The notes under the pieces: model-generated
What the model was told of the DNA's origin: nothing
What the model saw: only the letters and a program-made list of their open reading frames with translations
Databases searched by the model: none
IMG/VR virus record: IMGVR_UViG_3300046694_000196
Coordinates: 32,001-96,000 of that record
DNA from: a virus
Reading direction: 5' to 3' (one strand)
Length of the DNA: 64,000 nt
Translations under genes and position numbers: made by a program
Shown: positions 8,899-18,197 of the stretch, in pieces
Layout of the letters: each line of letters starts with the position of its first letter
How positions within the stretch are numbered: the first letter of the stretch is position 1

Positions 8899-9297
8899 AT
8901 GCACAACGACGTCTTTCGCGGGCTCGGAGTAAAGGTCACTCTGAAGGACCCCCAAGACTTCCTCAAGGTGATGGAGACACTGACCCGCATCGGGTTCGCT
9001 TCCAAGAAAGACAACACCCTCTACCAGTCCTGCCACATACTGCACAAACAGGGGCAGTACGCCATCATCCACTTCAAGGAGCTCTTCGAGCTGGACGGGA
9101 GGCCCTCTGAGGTCACCGAGTCCGACCGCGAGCGGCGGAACGCGATAGCGCACCTGCTCCACGAGTGGGGCCTGGTGGAAGTGGCTGCCGGCCAGGACGT
9201 CTCGGCCCTCGCCCCGATGTCACAGATCAAGGTCGTGGCGTTCAGGGACAAGAAGGACTGGAACCTCGTGGCGAAGTACTCCGTCGGGAGGAAGTGA
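8899..9297 (+). CDS. regA: translational repressor RegA
   Basis: DFLKVMETLTRIG, LYQSCHILHKQGQYAIIHFKELF. Confidence 0.97.
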   Translation: MHNDVFRGLGVKVTLKDPQDFLKVMETLTRIGFASKKDNTLYQSCHILHKQGQYAIIHFKELFELDGRPSEVTESDRERRNAIAHLLHEWGLVEVAAGQDVSALAPMSQIKVVAFRDKKDWNLVAKYSVGRK

Positions 9298-9298
9298 C

Positions 9299-9367
9299 TT
9301 GCTCATCGGGATACCAGTCTTGATACTGTTCGTCGCGCTCGTGGTCACCAGGTCAAGAAACAGTTGA
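9299..9367 (+). CDS. possible 22-aa transmembrane micropeptide
   Basis: TTG...LIGIPVLILFVALVVTRSRNS* fills the gap after regA. Confidence 0.3.
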   Translation: MLIGIPVLILFVALVVTRSRNS

Positions 9368-9391
9368 CATTTCTCGACATCCGTGTAGAAT
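9363..9391 (+). promoter_or_regulatory. early promoter
   Basis: GTTGAC-N17-TAGAAT. Confidence 0.75.
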
Positions 9392-9415
9392 GGGACCATC
9401 ATAGGAGACCGTGAC

Positions 9416-9922
9416 TTGAAAGTTAACATCGGGAAATACCCAGGTCCGAAGTCAAAGAAAGACCGCAAGGTCTCGGTCCGTATCGACTACTACGACGTAT
9501 GGTCCCTCGACCACACCCTGGCTATCATCATCCACCCCGCGCTGCTGAAGCTAGCCGAGCACAAGCACGGCTCTCCCTACGTCCCCGACGAGGAAGTCCC
9601 GGAGCACCTCCGACGATCCTCCGCCCCTCCCGTCAAGAACGACTGGGAGACCGACGAGAACTTCCACAAGCGGTGGGACTGGGTCCTCCAGGAGATGATC
9701 TGGGCGTTCGGGCAGGAGATCGCTGAGCCCCACTGGGAAGAACAGTTCCACAGCGGCACGCACGACATCCAGTTCAAGGACAACGGCGACGGCACCTCCA
9801 CCATGGTGAGAGGCCCGCGGGACACGCACGGCTTCGACAAGGAGGGCTGGAAAGCCCACTCCGCTCGCATGGAGAACGGCTTCAGGCTGTTCGGCCTGTT
9901 CTACAGAAACCTATGGGACTGA
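9416..9922 (+). CDS. conserved T4-like phage hypothetical protein
   Basis: 168 aa; IDYYDVWSLDHTLAIII, RWDWVLQEMIWAF, GFRLFGLFYRNLWD. Confidence 0.8.
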   Translation: MKVNIGKYPGPKSKKDRKVSVRIDYYDVWSLDHTLAIIIHPALLKLAEHKHGSPYVPDEEVPEHLRRSSAPPVKNDWETDENFHKRWDWVLQEMIWAFGQEIAEPHWEEQFHSGTHDIQFKDNGDGTSTMVRGPRDTHGFDKEGWKAHSARMENGFRLFGLFYRNLWD

Positions 9923-9923
9923 C

Positions 9924-10382
9924 ATGAGAAAAGTTGAACCGTACCAGATATTCACGCTGTCGTCGAGCTATGCAGGAGACAAGGGAGTGTCCTTCTCTGT
10001 CTCGAGACTCAACGTTTCTGAAGTCTTCGACAGCGCAGCCGACGCATTGAACGCTATTGACTTGGAAATCGACGAAGTTTCTAACTTGTTCGAGCTGCTC
10101 AGGTTGAGCACCAAAGTCGCGGCTTCTTCACATCGTGGAACGGCCAACACAATAGCCACGAACAGTTCCATGATAGCAGACCTGCTGAAGATGCTGGTAG
10201 AGAAGACCAAAGGACTCCCTTTCTCTGCCTGGAAAGTGTGGTACGATGAAGAACTCGAGGGTACCTACCTCTACTACACCGGCTCTCATGCATATGACGC
10301 CGCGGTTCTGGAACAGAATGCCGGGCAGTTCGTCTTACACCCTGACTGCGAGAAGTACGTCAGGAAGATAGTTTTCAAGTGA
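9924..10382 (+). CDS. hypothetical protein
   Basis: 152-aa ORF, AT-richer codon usage than flanks. Confidence 0.7.
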   Translation: MRKVEPYQIFTLSSSYAGDKGVSFSVSRLNVSEVFDSAADALNAIDLEIDEVSNLFELLRLSTKVAASSHRGTANTIATNSSMIADLLKMLVEKTKGLPFSAWKVWYDEELEGTYLYYTGSHAYDAAVLEQNAGQFVLHPDCEKYVRKIVFK

Positions 10383-10397
10383 TGGAGAACGTTTGAT

Positions 10398-10712
10398 ATG
10401 TGCACAGTTAGCAACATCGGAGACTACGGCCGCCGTGAGTGGGACGAGTGGATCAAGTACCCTGGTAAGCTCAACCCGGTACCAGGCTACTACCCTCAGC
10501 CGGTAGTCACTCCCCCGAAGGACATCACCCGCGAGGAGTTCGAAGCACTCAAGAAGCGAGTCGAGGCCCTCCACGAGCTCCTCCTCGCAGCCAAGAAATA
10601 CGACGAGCAGACAGATCAGCCACACTGCGAGGCGGACGACAAAGTCGCGGTAATCAAGAAGATAGCCGAGTACTTCGGCGTCGACATGAAGGACGTCTTT
10701 GATCATGATTGA
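10398..10712 (+). CDS. hypothetical protein
   Basis: 104 aa with GGAG RBS. Confidence 0.75.
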   Translation: MCTVSNIGDYGRREWDEWIKYPGKLNPVPGYYPQPVVTPPKDITREEFEALKKRVEALHELLLAAKKYDEQTDQPHCEADDKVAVIKKIAEYFGVDMKDVFDHD

Positions 10713-11094
10713 CCCTTTCAACAGCATCGCCCTGTCTCTATTGCTGTCTCTGACAGCCCCGTCAGCGCCGGCTGTCCCTGCACAGTACGCGTCCGTCGCG
10801 GAGTGTCACGCGGCCGGGCTGATGACTGAGGTCGAGTTCGTGCGCGCCAACCCGCGGGCGATCGTCATCACGAAGGTCGACATCAAGGACCCCACCTTCA
10901 AGACGGTCGTCGAGAACATGCTGGAAGTCATGAAGACCCCGCCGGCCTTCGCGTTCGACGCGATCATGGTGCTCGGACCGAGAGACGGCAGCGACGCGAA
11001 GAAGGCCTTCATCTTTTCCAGGAACGACTGCGTCCTCGACATGGTGCCCTTCGACGCACAAGAAGTCAGGGCCATCCTCGGCGAAGGCGTATAA
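10705..11094 (+). CDS. putative secreted protein
   Basis: signal-peptide-like N-terminus, YASVAEC...C. Confidence 0.7.
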   Translation: MIDPFNSIALSLLLSLTAPSAPAVPAQYASVAECHAAGLMTEVEFVRANPRAIVITKVDIKDPTFKTVVENMLEVMKTPPAFAFDAIMVLGPRDGSDAKKAFIFSRNDCVLDMVPFDAQEVRAILGEGV

Positions 11095-11112
11095 ACTTTC
11101 TTGAAAATAGTC

Positions 11113-11141
11113 GTTTACATTCCCGCAGAACCGTTTATATT
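11113..11141 (+). promoter_or_regulatory. T4-type early promoter
   Basis: GTTTAC-N17-TATATT. Confidence 0.8.
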
Positions 11142-11176
11142 CTAACCATAGACGGCAACACGGAAAGGAACCGATT

Positions 11177-11593
11177 ATGGAAAAGATCACAGCTTTCGAC
11201 AAGAAGAACCTCACCTCTCTCCGCAAGGAGATGGACGAGCTCCTGTCCAAGTACGGGCAGACCCTGAACCTCAACTTCCAGATCGGGTCGATGAGGTTCG
11301 GCCCCGGAGAAGTAGAGATGAAGGTGACCGCGAAGGTCGTCGGCGGCAAGGACAAGTACGCCGAGGCACTCGACTTCCACATCCAGATGCCCTGCTGGGG
11401 TAAAGACGGCAAGATAGTGGCCGCGAAACTCGCGGACGTCATCACCCTCAAGAACGACAAGGGCGACGAGCTCGTCGGCTACAACGGCAAGAAATACTCC
11501 AAGCCGTACATCTTCAAGTCGGGCCTCGACGGTAAGTCCTACGTCTGTGACGAGCGTTACGTCCTCCACTACTTCGGGAAGAAGCAGGCTTAA
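11177..11593 (+). CDS. hypothetical protein
   Basis: 138 aa, AAGGA RBS, downstream of early promoter. Confidence 0.8.
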   Translation: MEKITAFDKKNLTSLRKEMDELLSKYGQTLNLNFQIGSMRFGPGEVEMKVTAKVVGGKDKYAEALDFHIQMPCWGKDGKIVAAKLADVITLKNDKGDELVGYNGKKYSKPYIFKSGLDGKSYVCDERYVLHYFGKKQA

Positions 11594-11594
11594 G

Positions 11595-11620
11595 GATAAA
11601 TACTTCGAGAACAACGGAGT
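11595..11620 (+). promoter_or_regulatory. late promoter plus RBS hairpin
   Basis: GATAAATA 11595-11602; ACTTCG/CGGAGT stem covers GGAG of the 11626 gene. Confidence 0.55.
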
Positions 11621-11625
11621 CGCAC

Positions 11626-11859
11626 ATGGCCTGGAAGCCGAGAGAAAAGACGCCTGAAGAGAAGGCGAAGGAAGACCGTGAACACAAGGCCCGGACGGCC
11701 TTCTGGGACACGATCAAGAAGCACGGCATAGACCACTTCAAGAAGCAGGGCCTCAGCCACCGAGACATACAGGCCAAGGTCACTGCCGACGAGATGGCGA
11801 AGCGGCGGGTGTCAAACGCCGCGCACAACATAAGAGTCGCCAAGGGCGAGAAGAAGTAA
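11626..11859 (+). CDS. basic hypothetical protein
   Basis: 77 aa, GGAG RBS, followed by terminator. Confidence 0.75.
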   Translation: MAWKPREKTPEEKAKEDREHKARTAFWDTIKKHGIDHFKKQGLSHRDIQAKVTADEMAKRRVSNAAHNIRVAKGEKK

Positions 11860-11863
11860 TCGA

Positions 11864-11884
11864 GGCCCCGGAAACGGGGCTTTT
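11864..11884 (+). terminator. rho-independent terminator
   Basis: GCCCCG-GAAA-CGGGGC-TTTT. Confidence 0.85.
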
Positions 11885-11888
11885 CTAG

Positions 11889-11917
11889 TTGACATCCGAG
11901 TCGTGAAGATATACCAT
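11889..11917 (+). promoter_or_regulatory. early promoter
   Basis: TTGACA-N17-TACCAT. Confidence 0.7.
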
Positions 11918-11941
11918 GCATTCTCAATGGAGTGAAAGATC

Positions 11942-12109
11942 ATGAAAACCTGGGAAGAAGGCGCCCGAGCCGCCTACGAGGGCAAGGGAGACTGGGAGTG
12001 CCCGTACCCCGTCGTTGCTGACGTGGCGCGCTCCTCGTGGATACTTGGCTGGCGCGCCGCCCGTGAACGCGTCATCCTGGACAGGCTCTCGCAGGAGTTC
12101 AAGAAGTGA
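11942..12109 (+). CDS. Rmf-like small protein (55 aa, not in ORF track)
   Basis: WEEGARAAYEGKGDWECPY...RSSWILGWRAA matches the Rmf-family G..A...G.....CPY...R..WL.GW pattern. Confidence 0.6.
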   Translation: MKTWEEGARAAYEGKGDWECPYPVVADVARSSWILGWRAARERVILDRLSQEFKK

Positions 12110-13098
12110 GGGTGCTCTTCGAGACCGTCTTCGGCTCCCGTCTCTACGGCACCGAGACGCCTGAGTCTGACTACGACTACAAGGGCGTCTACGTGCCCTC
12201 TCCCGCGGAGATACTCCTGCCCAGGACGCCCGACGTCAAGACATTCAACACCGGCTCGAAGACCGAGAAGAACACCTCGGAGGACACGGACCGAGAGCTC
12301 TACTCCCTGCACAAGTTCTTCGACATGCTCGCCAAGGGCGACATGAACGCGACGGAGCTCCTGTTCGCTCCCCACGACGGCTCGTGCCTGGACTGGGAAG
12401 TCATCGTCGACAACCGGAACCGCCTCCTCTCGCGAGAGTGCAAGGGCATGGTCGGCTACGTGAAGCGACAGGCTAACGTCTACAGCGTGCGCGGCGACCG
12501 ACTCAACGAGGTCAGGCAGACCTACGATTTTCTCTCCTACCTGGGTGACGCCTACCTCTACACCGACAAGCTCGAGAGCGTCCCGGGCATCGTAGAGAGG
12601 ATCGTCGACTTCTGTGAGGGCAAGTCACACACCTCGTGGGAGTTCATCGACAACCAGGGCAAGTCTGTCTTCCACCTGGTCTGCTGTGACCGGAAGGTCC
12701 CCCTGACCGTCACGCTGGGCAACGCCATGAAGGTCTACATGACGGTGTGGGAAGAGTACGGCGCCAGGGCCAGGAAAGCGGCCGAGAACGACGGCGTAGA
12801 CTGGAAAGCAGTGTCCCACGCAGTGCGGATCGGCGAGCAGGCCGTCGAGCTCCTCATGACCGGCGAGATCACCTTCCCGAGACCCAACGCCGAGAGACTG
12901 AAGTCGATCAAGCGGGGCGACGCCGACTACGCCGAGGTCACTGCCGAGCTAGACTTCCTGCTGTCCTCGATAGAGCAGCTGGCGACCAGTTCTACCCTGC
13001 CCGAGAAACCAGATCGAGAATACATGGCACAGCTGGTGCACAACTGCTACAGCCGAGAAGTCACTCGTGAAACTGTGAAGAGAGGAGTCCTGCTATGA
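12106..13098 (+). CDS. Pol-beta superfamily nucleotidyltransferase (RlaP/NrdC.11-like)
   Basis: FGSRLYGTETPESDYDYKGVY (GS...DxD), KAVSHAVR. Confidence 0.85.
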   Translation: MRVLFETVFGSRLYGTETPESDYDYKGVYVPSPAEILLPRTPDVKTFNTGSKTEKNTSEDTDRELYSLHKFFDMLAKGDMNATELLFAPHDGSCLDWEVIVDNRNRLLSRECKGMVGYVKRQANVYSVRGDRLNEVRQTYDFLSYLGDAYLYTDKLESVPGIVERIVDFCEGKSHTSWEFIDNQGKSVFHLVCCDRKVPLTVTLGNAMKVYMTVWEEYGARARKAAENDGVDWKAVSHAVRIGEQAVELLMTGEITFPRPNAERLKSIKRGDADYAEVTAELDFLLSSIEQLATSSTLPEKPDREYMAQLVHNCYSREVTRETVKRGVLL

Positions 13099-13475
13099 GC
13101 AGCGCGAGGTTTTCTAAAGAGCAGTTGAAGGAGGCCGCGCTGAAGATGAACGCACGTCACACAGAAGTTACGGGAAAGCTCACACGGGCAGTCACCGATC
13201 GCGAATACTGCGTGAGGAAATTCCCGTGGGTCTTGAAGGCGAAGCGGAAAGTAGCCGACCTAGACGAATGGCTGCGTAACTGGAGCCGTGACGGCCTACG
13301 TCCCGCCCAACTCGTTGCAGAGGGCCTCATCACCGAAGAAGAGAGACAAGATTTCTGGCGAATGCCGCGTCGCATCCAGCGCATGCTCGAGTACCTAGAC
13401 ATGGCCGAGAAATCGATGGACGGCGTAGTCGTCCTAGACGACTACGAATTCCACCCGTTCAAGGACTACCTATGA
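13095..13475 (+). CDS. hypothetical protein
   Basis: 126 aa, overlapping junctions. Confidence 0.7.
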   Translation: MSSARFSKEQLKEAALKMNARHTEVTGKLTRAVTDREYCVRKFPWVLKAKRKVADLDEWLRNWSRDGLRPAQLVAEGLITEEERQDFWRMPRRIQRMLEYLDMAEKSMDGVVVLDDYEFHPFKDYL

Positions 13476-13969
13476 GCAAGAAACTCAACCTAGACTGGCA
13501 GCCGATCACCGAGGACATGCTCCCTCAGAACGCGACCTACGTGCACCCGTTCGTGCCGAACATGACGAGCGAGTTCAAGTTCCGGGACGTCGTCTACAAG
13601 CACGTCTACGTCCGGCGGCTCCACCGCGTTGACGGCAAGCTCACCGACCTCGTGGCCCCTCACGTAGAGATGTACCGTCTCGGGGCTGGCTGGCTACAAG
13701 TGTCCGTCAAGGAATTCCTCGCGGAGTGCCTGATAAGGCCCGACCCGTTCGACGGCGCCCGTTACAACGCGTGGATCGACGACCTGAAGCCGGGTGACTT
13801 CGTCCGCTGCAAGGGACAAAGGAACCCCAAGCTGTGGAAGAAAGTCATCATGATCAAGGAGCACTCTATCGTGTCGATACAGTACACGCAGCCCGTGGAC
13901 GACGACAAGTATTGTCAGGGCTCCGCGTCAGAAAACTACATCTGGTTCGTCCGGGAGAAACACTCGTGA
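13472..13969 (+). CDS. hypothetical protein
   Basis: 165 aa, overlapping junctions. Confidence 0.75.
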   Translation: MSKKLNLDWQPITEDMLPQNATYVHPFVPNMTSEFKFRDVVYKHVYVRRLHRVDGKLTDLVAPHVEMYRLGAGWLQVSVKEFLAECLIRPDPFDGARYNAWIDDLKPGDFVRCKGQRNPKLWKKVIMIKEHSIVSIQYTQPVDDDKYCQGSASENYIWFVREKHS

Positions 13970-14124
13970 AGTCACTTATCTTCTCTGCCATCGCAGTCCT
14001 GGCCTTCTGGGTCTTCATCACGGCCGGGCTCGGCATCACCGTCTCCAGCTGGCCCATCGCCATAGGAGCGTACGTCGTCATGCTGGTCGCGAACGTCCTC
14101 GCCACGGCTACGGTCAATCGCTAA
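13966..14124 (+). CDS. small membrane protein
   Basis: two hydrophobic segments; GTG overlaps upstream stop. Confidence 0.65.
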   Translation: MKSLIFSAIAVLAFWVFITAGLGITVSSWPIAIGAYVVMLVANVLATATVNR

Positions 14125-14139
14125 CTTCAGGAAAGAAGG

Positions 14140-14168
14140 GTTTACATTCCTGAGGAAAGTGATATAAT
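14140..14168 (+). promoter_or_regulatory. T4-type early promoter
   Basis: GTTTAC-N17-TATAAT. Confidence 0.9.
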
Positions 14169-14198
14169 GTCTCCATCAGCAACGAAAGGAGACTGCAC

Positions 14199-15158
14199 AT
14201 GGCACACCAGCTTGAACTCATCGACGGACAGGCCTCCATGGCCTACGTCAACACGGAAACCCCGTGGCACGGCCTCGGCTTCTCTGTCTCGGGAGACCTC
14301 TCCCCGGACGAGATCATGAAGGCCGCCCGGCTCGACTGGAACGTCGAGAAGGTGCCGCTCTTCGCGGAACACAACGGCAAGCGACTCCCGACGGGTCGAT
14401 CGGCACTCATCCGTGACCGGGACGACAAGGTCCTCGACGTCATCTCGGCCGGGTGGGAGCCCTGCCAGAACTCCGAGGCCTTCGAGTTCTTCTCGGACTG
14501 GGTCCGCGAGGGCGACATGACCATGGAGACGGCCGGCTCCCTCTACGGCGGGAAGACGGTCTGGGCGCTCGCCAAGATCAAGGACGGCGCCTTCGACGTG
14601 GTCAAGGGCGACACGACCGAGAGCTTCCTGCTCTTCTCGAACCCCCACCAGTACGGCCGGTCCATCGAGGTCCGCGCGACCAACATCCGGGTGGTCTGCA
14701 ACAACACGCTGACCTTCGCCCTCTCCAAGAAGGCGAACAGCATGATCCGCCTGAACCACTCGAAGAAGTTCGACGCCGAGATGGTCAAGGAGACCCTGGG
14801 ATACACCAGGGCCAAGACGGAGCTCCTGCGAGACCAGGCCCGCTTCCTCGCCACGGCCAAGTGCACCCCCGAGCAGGTCCACGAGTACATCTCGCGGCTC
14901 TTCCCGATCGGTGAGGGCGCCAAGCGGCCCGACCGGACGTTCTCTAAGCCCGGCCAGGTCGTCTTCGACGTGGTCGACACGCAGCCCGGAGCGGACCTCG
15001 CTCCCGGGACGTTCTGGAACCTGGCCAACGCGGTCAGCTACAGCACGGACCACATCCTCGGCAACGGCGTGGACAGCAGGCTCTCGTCTGCGTGGTTCGG
15101 CCGCTACCAGGCCAAGAAGATCGAAGCCCTGCAACTCGCCCTCGAGATGGCGGCGTAA
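14199..15158 (+). CDS. DUF932 / TIGR03299 phage-plasmid protein
   Basis: ETPWHGLG, QNSEAFEFF, ETAGSLYGGKTVWALA, ATNIRVVCNNTL. Confidence 0.9.
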   Translation: MAHQLELIDGQASMAYVNTETPWHGLGFSVSGDLSPDEIMKAARLDWNVEKVPLFAEHNGKRLPTGRSALIRDRDDKVLDVISAGWEPCQNSEAFEFFSDWVREGDMTMETAGSLYGGKTVWALAKIKDGAFDVVKGDTTESFLLFSNPHQYGRSIEVRATNIRVVCNNTLTFALSKKANSMIRLNHSKKFDAEMVKETLGYTRAKTELLRDQARFLATAKCTPEQVHEYISRLFPIGEGAKRPDRTFSKPGQVVFDVVDTQPGADLAPGTFWNLANAVSYSTDHILGNGVDSRLSSAWFGRYQAKKIEALQLALEMAA

Positions 15159-15169
15159 GGAGACGACAA

Positions 15170-15475
15170 GTGTTCAAGTGGAGAGAATTCGCGGACTGGG
15201 TAGCTACCCAGTCCGGACCGTACGACTACGTCAGCAACGACAGGTGCGCGCTCGGGCAGTTCTTGATCGCCCGCGGGTATACACAAGACGGCGACCACGC
15301 CGTGGGCGGCTGGACGTTCGACGTCCATGATGTCGTCTATGCGATACCTGAAGACATCATCGACGCCCTGGGAAAGAGTCGCGCCCAAAACTTCGAGAGT
15401 CTCTATGCGCGGCTGATTGGACCGTGCGCACGCCTGCTCGACGAGACCGTCGAGGTACTGACGTACGGCCGATGA
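15170..15475 (+). CDS. hypothetical protein
   Basis: GTG with AGGAG RBS; 101 aa. Confidence 0.7.
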   Translation: MFKWREFADWVATQSGPYDYVSNDRCALGQFLIARGYTQDGDHAVGGWTFDVHDVVYAIPEDIIDALGKSRAQNFESLYARLIGPCARLLDETVEVLTYGR

Positions 15476-15636
15476 TGGAGGCAGGACAGACCGAGCTGAT
15501 GTCCCAGCTCACTGACTCTATGCGGTTCCTGGGCCACCTCCGGGACAGACACCCGGAGGTGGCCCAGTACTACTTGGAACTGAGCGAAGTGATACTCATG
15601 CTCACTTCGCTGGCCCGCTCGATTTCTCAATCTTAG
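15472..15636 (+). CDS. hypothetical protein
   Basis: 54 aa, overlaps upstream stop. Confidence 0.55.
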   Translation: MMEAGQTELMSQLTDSMRFLGHLRDRHPEVAQYYLELSEVILMLTSLARSISQS

Positions 15637-15637
15637 G

Positions 15638-15666
15638 TTGACAAATCAGCTCGACTGGTATAATAT
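15638..15666 (+). promoter_or_regulatory. early promoter
   Basis: TTGACA-N17-TAATAT; CATAAATA follows. Confidence 0.7.
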
Positions 15667-15701
15667 GCATAAATACTGACACAACAGGGAGGACGACGCC
15701 G

Positions 15702-15872
15702 ATGTCTTGCATCGCGACTGTAGACCGTTTCATTTCTGACAGGGTCAAGAAGGGCTCCCTCACCGTCACAGACAAGTACCGCTTCGAGGACTACGACAGC
15801 GCGATAGAGTTCGCGCGGGCCCTCAAGAGAGTGGACAGACGCGTCATCAACTACAGGATAAGAGAACTATGA
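15702..15872 (+). CDS. hypothetical protein (56 aa, not in ORF track)
   Basis: GGAGG RBS; MSCIATVDRFISDRVKKGSL... Confidence 0.65.
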   Translation: MSCIATVDRFISDRVKKGSLTVTDKYRFEDYDSAIEFARALKRVDRRVINYRIREL

Positions 15873-16135
15873 AGGTCGGCTTGAAGAAGACCGTGGACGT
15901 AGACGTGACCACGATCGACATGTACCTGAAGCTCCGAGACGAGATGGCCTTCCTGCTGAAGGACTCCGACGGAGAGACAGTGCTGGACTACGAGGGCTAC
16001 GTGCCGAACAGCATCATCCCGGGTGAGTTCGGTGACTACATGCACCTGGTCATCGACATCGAGACCGGTCAGATCACCAACTGGAAGAAGCCAACAGCGA
16101 AGGACGTCCAGGACCTGATCGAGGAGAACTCCTGA
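15869..16135 (+). CDS. conserved phage hypothetical protein
   Basis: YEGYVPNSIIPGEFGDYMHLVIDIETGQITNW. Confidence 0.8.
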   Translation: MKVGLKKTVDVDVTTIDMYLKLRDEMAFLLKDSDGETVLDYEGYVPNSIIPGEFGDYMHLVIDIETGQITNWKKPTAKDVQDLIEENS

Positions 16136-16450
16136 TCACTGCGGCGGGCCCGGGTCTTCACTCGGGCCGTCGTCTTTCCCGAAGTCGTACGACCTCTTGA
16201 CGTTCTCGATCTCTTCGCGACCCTTCTGCCAAGACACCGCGCCCAAGATGGCGCCGATCGCCAGGTAGAACGTGCCTGAGCCGTCCATCGTGAGCGGCAC
16301 CCACGGCGCTATAGCTATCCCCGCCTTGATCATCCCCAGTACTATGCTGGGAGCGACCACGAAGTCGAACAGGATGATCACCACGAACGCCCAGGCTATC
16401 GCCGCGCGCCAGTGCTTCACGAATGCGTTCTCTATGTCTCTCTTCTTCAT
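16136..16450 (-). CDS. membrane protein, 3TM holin-like
   Basis: WRAAIAWAFVVIILFDFVVAP...LTMDGSGTFYLAIGAILGAVSW; late promoter GATAAATA at 16462-16455. Confidence 0.65.
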   Translation of the reverse strand: MKKRDIENAFVKHWRAAIAWAFVVIILFDFVVAPSIVLGMIKAGIAIAPWVPLTMDGSGTFYLAIGAILGAVSWQKGREEIENVKRSYDFGKDDGPSEDPGPPQ

Positions 16451-16468
16451 AGGATATTTATCGACTTG

Positions 16469-17956
16469 ATGGAATTTTACACTCACGCTGCCCAGTGGGG
16501 CGGCAAGGTGCGGGTCCGCGGCTGGAAGAACGGCCGCAGGTTCCAGGACTCGATCCCGTACAGGCCCTACCTCTTCACTCGCTCGAAGACGAACGAGCCG
16601 ACGGGTTACGTGACTCTCCGGGACCAGCCAGTCGACCGAGTCCAGTTCGACTCGATCTATGACGCCAAGGAGTTCGTGGAGCGGTACAGAGACGTTCACA
16701 ACTTCGAGGTGTACGGCTCAACTAACTGGCCGTACGCCTACCTCTACGACGTCTACGGCCGCGGCATGGAGTACGATGCCAAGCAGGTCTCGGTCGTCAA
16801 CGTCGACATCGAGGTCGGCGCCGACGAGTTCCCCGACCCGTGGAAGGCCGACTGGCCGATCACGGCAATCACCCTCGAGAAGAACAAGAAGTACGTCTCT
16901 TTCGGCCTGATGCCCTACGTCCCCGCGGACCCCGAAGACGTCTACGTCATGTGCGAGTCCGAGGAGGACATGCTCGAGCGGTTCATCACGGCGTGGCTCA
17001 ACTTCGACCCCGACGTGGTCACGGGATGGAACATCGACTACTTCGACGTGCCCTACCTCGTCAACCGCATCAGGAAGCTCCTGGGTGACGACTACGCTTG
17101 CATGCTGTCTCCCTGGAAGAAGATCAAGGAGAGCACCGTCTTCTACCACGGCTCCAACAAGACGCTTTACGACCTGGTGGGGGTCACCTCCCTGGACTAC
17201 CTCCCCCTCTACAAGAAGTTCTCGTTCTCTAACGAGGAGTCCTACCGCCTCGACAACATCGCGTTCGTGACAATCGGCGAGAAGAAGCTGGACTACTCAG
17301 AGTACGAGTCGCTCAACGACCTCTACAAGAACAACTTCCAGCTGTTCATGGAGTACAACCGTCGCGACGTCGCGCTGGTGTCTAGAATGAACGACAAGCT
17401 CGGGTTCATCGAGCAGGTCTTCGCGATGGCCTACGACACGCTGGTCAACTTCTCAGACACGTTCACGACCGTGAAGTTCTGGGAGATCATCTGCCACAAC
17501 TACCTGCTCGACCAGGGAGTAGTCTCGCCCCAGAAGAAGCACTCCATCAAGGAGAAGCAGATCGCGGGCGGGCACGTCAAGGAGCCTATCACGGGTCGGC
17601 ACGAGTGGGTGGCCTCTTTCGACCTCGACAGCCTCTACCCCCACCTCATCATGCAGTACAACATCAGCCCCGAGACGCTGGTGGACCGCCTGGACGAGCT
17701 CCCGTCTGAAGAAAGCTCAGTGGACCGGATACTCAACGGGTTCATGAACGAGGAGCGACTCGCGCAGCTGCGGGAGGCAGACCTCTCCTTGACGGCCGGA
17801 GGCGCCCTGTACTCGCGAGCGAAGCGGGGCTTCGCGGCGGCCCTCATGGACAAGTTCTACGAGGACCGAAAGAAGTTCAAGGGGATGATGAACGAAGAGA
17901 AGAAGAACCTCGAGGCCATAGAGGCCGAGATGAAGAGACGAGGACTGGCGCTGTGA
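16469..17956 (+). CDS. 43A: family B DNA polymerase, N-terminal half (gp43A: exonuclease + motif A)
   Basis: DIE (ExoI), GWNIDYFDVPY (ExoII), YNRRDV (ExoIII), SFDLDSLYPHLIMQYNISPET (motif A); stops in fingers domain. Confidence 0.95.
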   Translation: MEFYTHAAQWGGKVRVRGWKNGRRFQDSIPYRPYLFTRSKTNEPTGYVTLRDQPVDRVQFDSIYDAKEFVERYRDVHNFEVYGSTNWPYAYLYDVYGRGMEYDAKQVSVVNVDIEVGADEFPDPWKADWPITAITLEKNKKYVSFGLMPYVPADPEDVYVMCESEEDMLERFITAWLNFDPDVVTGWNIDYFDVPYLVNRIRKLLGDDYACMLSPWKKIKESTVFYHGSNKTLYDLVGVTSLDYLPLYKKFSFSNEESYRLDNIAFVTIGEKKLDYSEYESLNDLYKNNFQLFMEYNRRDVALVSRMNDKLGFIEQVFAMAYDTLVNFSDTFTTVKFWEIICHNYLLDQGVVSPQKKHSIKEKQIAGGHVKEPITGRHEWVASFDLDSLYPHLIMQYNISPETLVDRLDELPSEESSVDRILNGFMNEERLAQLREADLSLTAGGALYSRAKRGFAAALMDKFYEDRKKFKGMMNEEKKNLEAIEAEMKRRGLAL

Positions 17957-18195
17957 TAGACGAGAGAATCCTGACGAGGTACGAGGAGATGCTGGGACAC
18001 GGCGAAGTCGCCTGCGAGCCAGAACCCGGAATTTCTCTCGCGCACCTCAGGTGGATGCTCAGAGAGATACGAGACCAGGAAGACGAACTGAAGTCTTCTC
18101 GTTGGCTCGGGTTCGTACAGGGCGTCCTCGTCATGATGGGAGTGACTACCGTCACAGAAGAGAGAAATTTCACACGGTCCTACTTCAGGAGTTAG
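17953..18195 (+). CDS. conserved phage hypothetical protein
   Basis: HLRWML...KSSRWLGFVQGVL. Confidence 0.75.
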   Translation: MIDERILTRYEEMLGHGEVACEPEPGISLAHLRWMLREIRDQEDELKSSRWLGFVQGVLVMMGVTTVTEERNFTRSYFRS

Positions 18196-18197
18196 AC

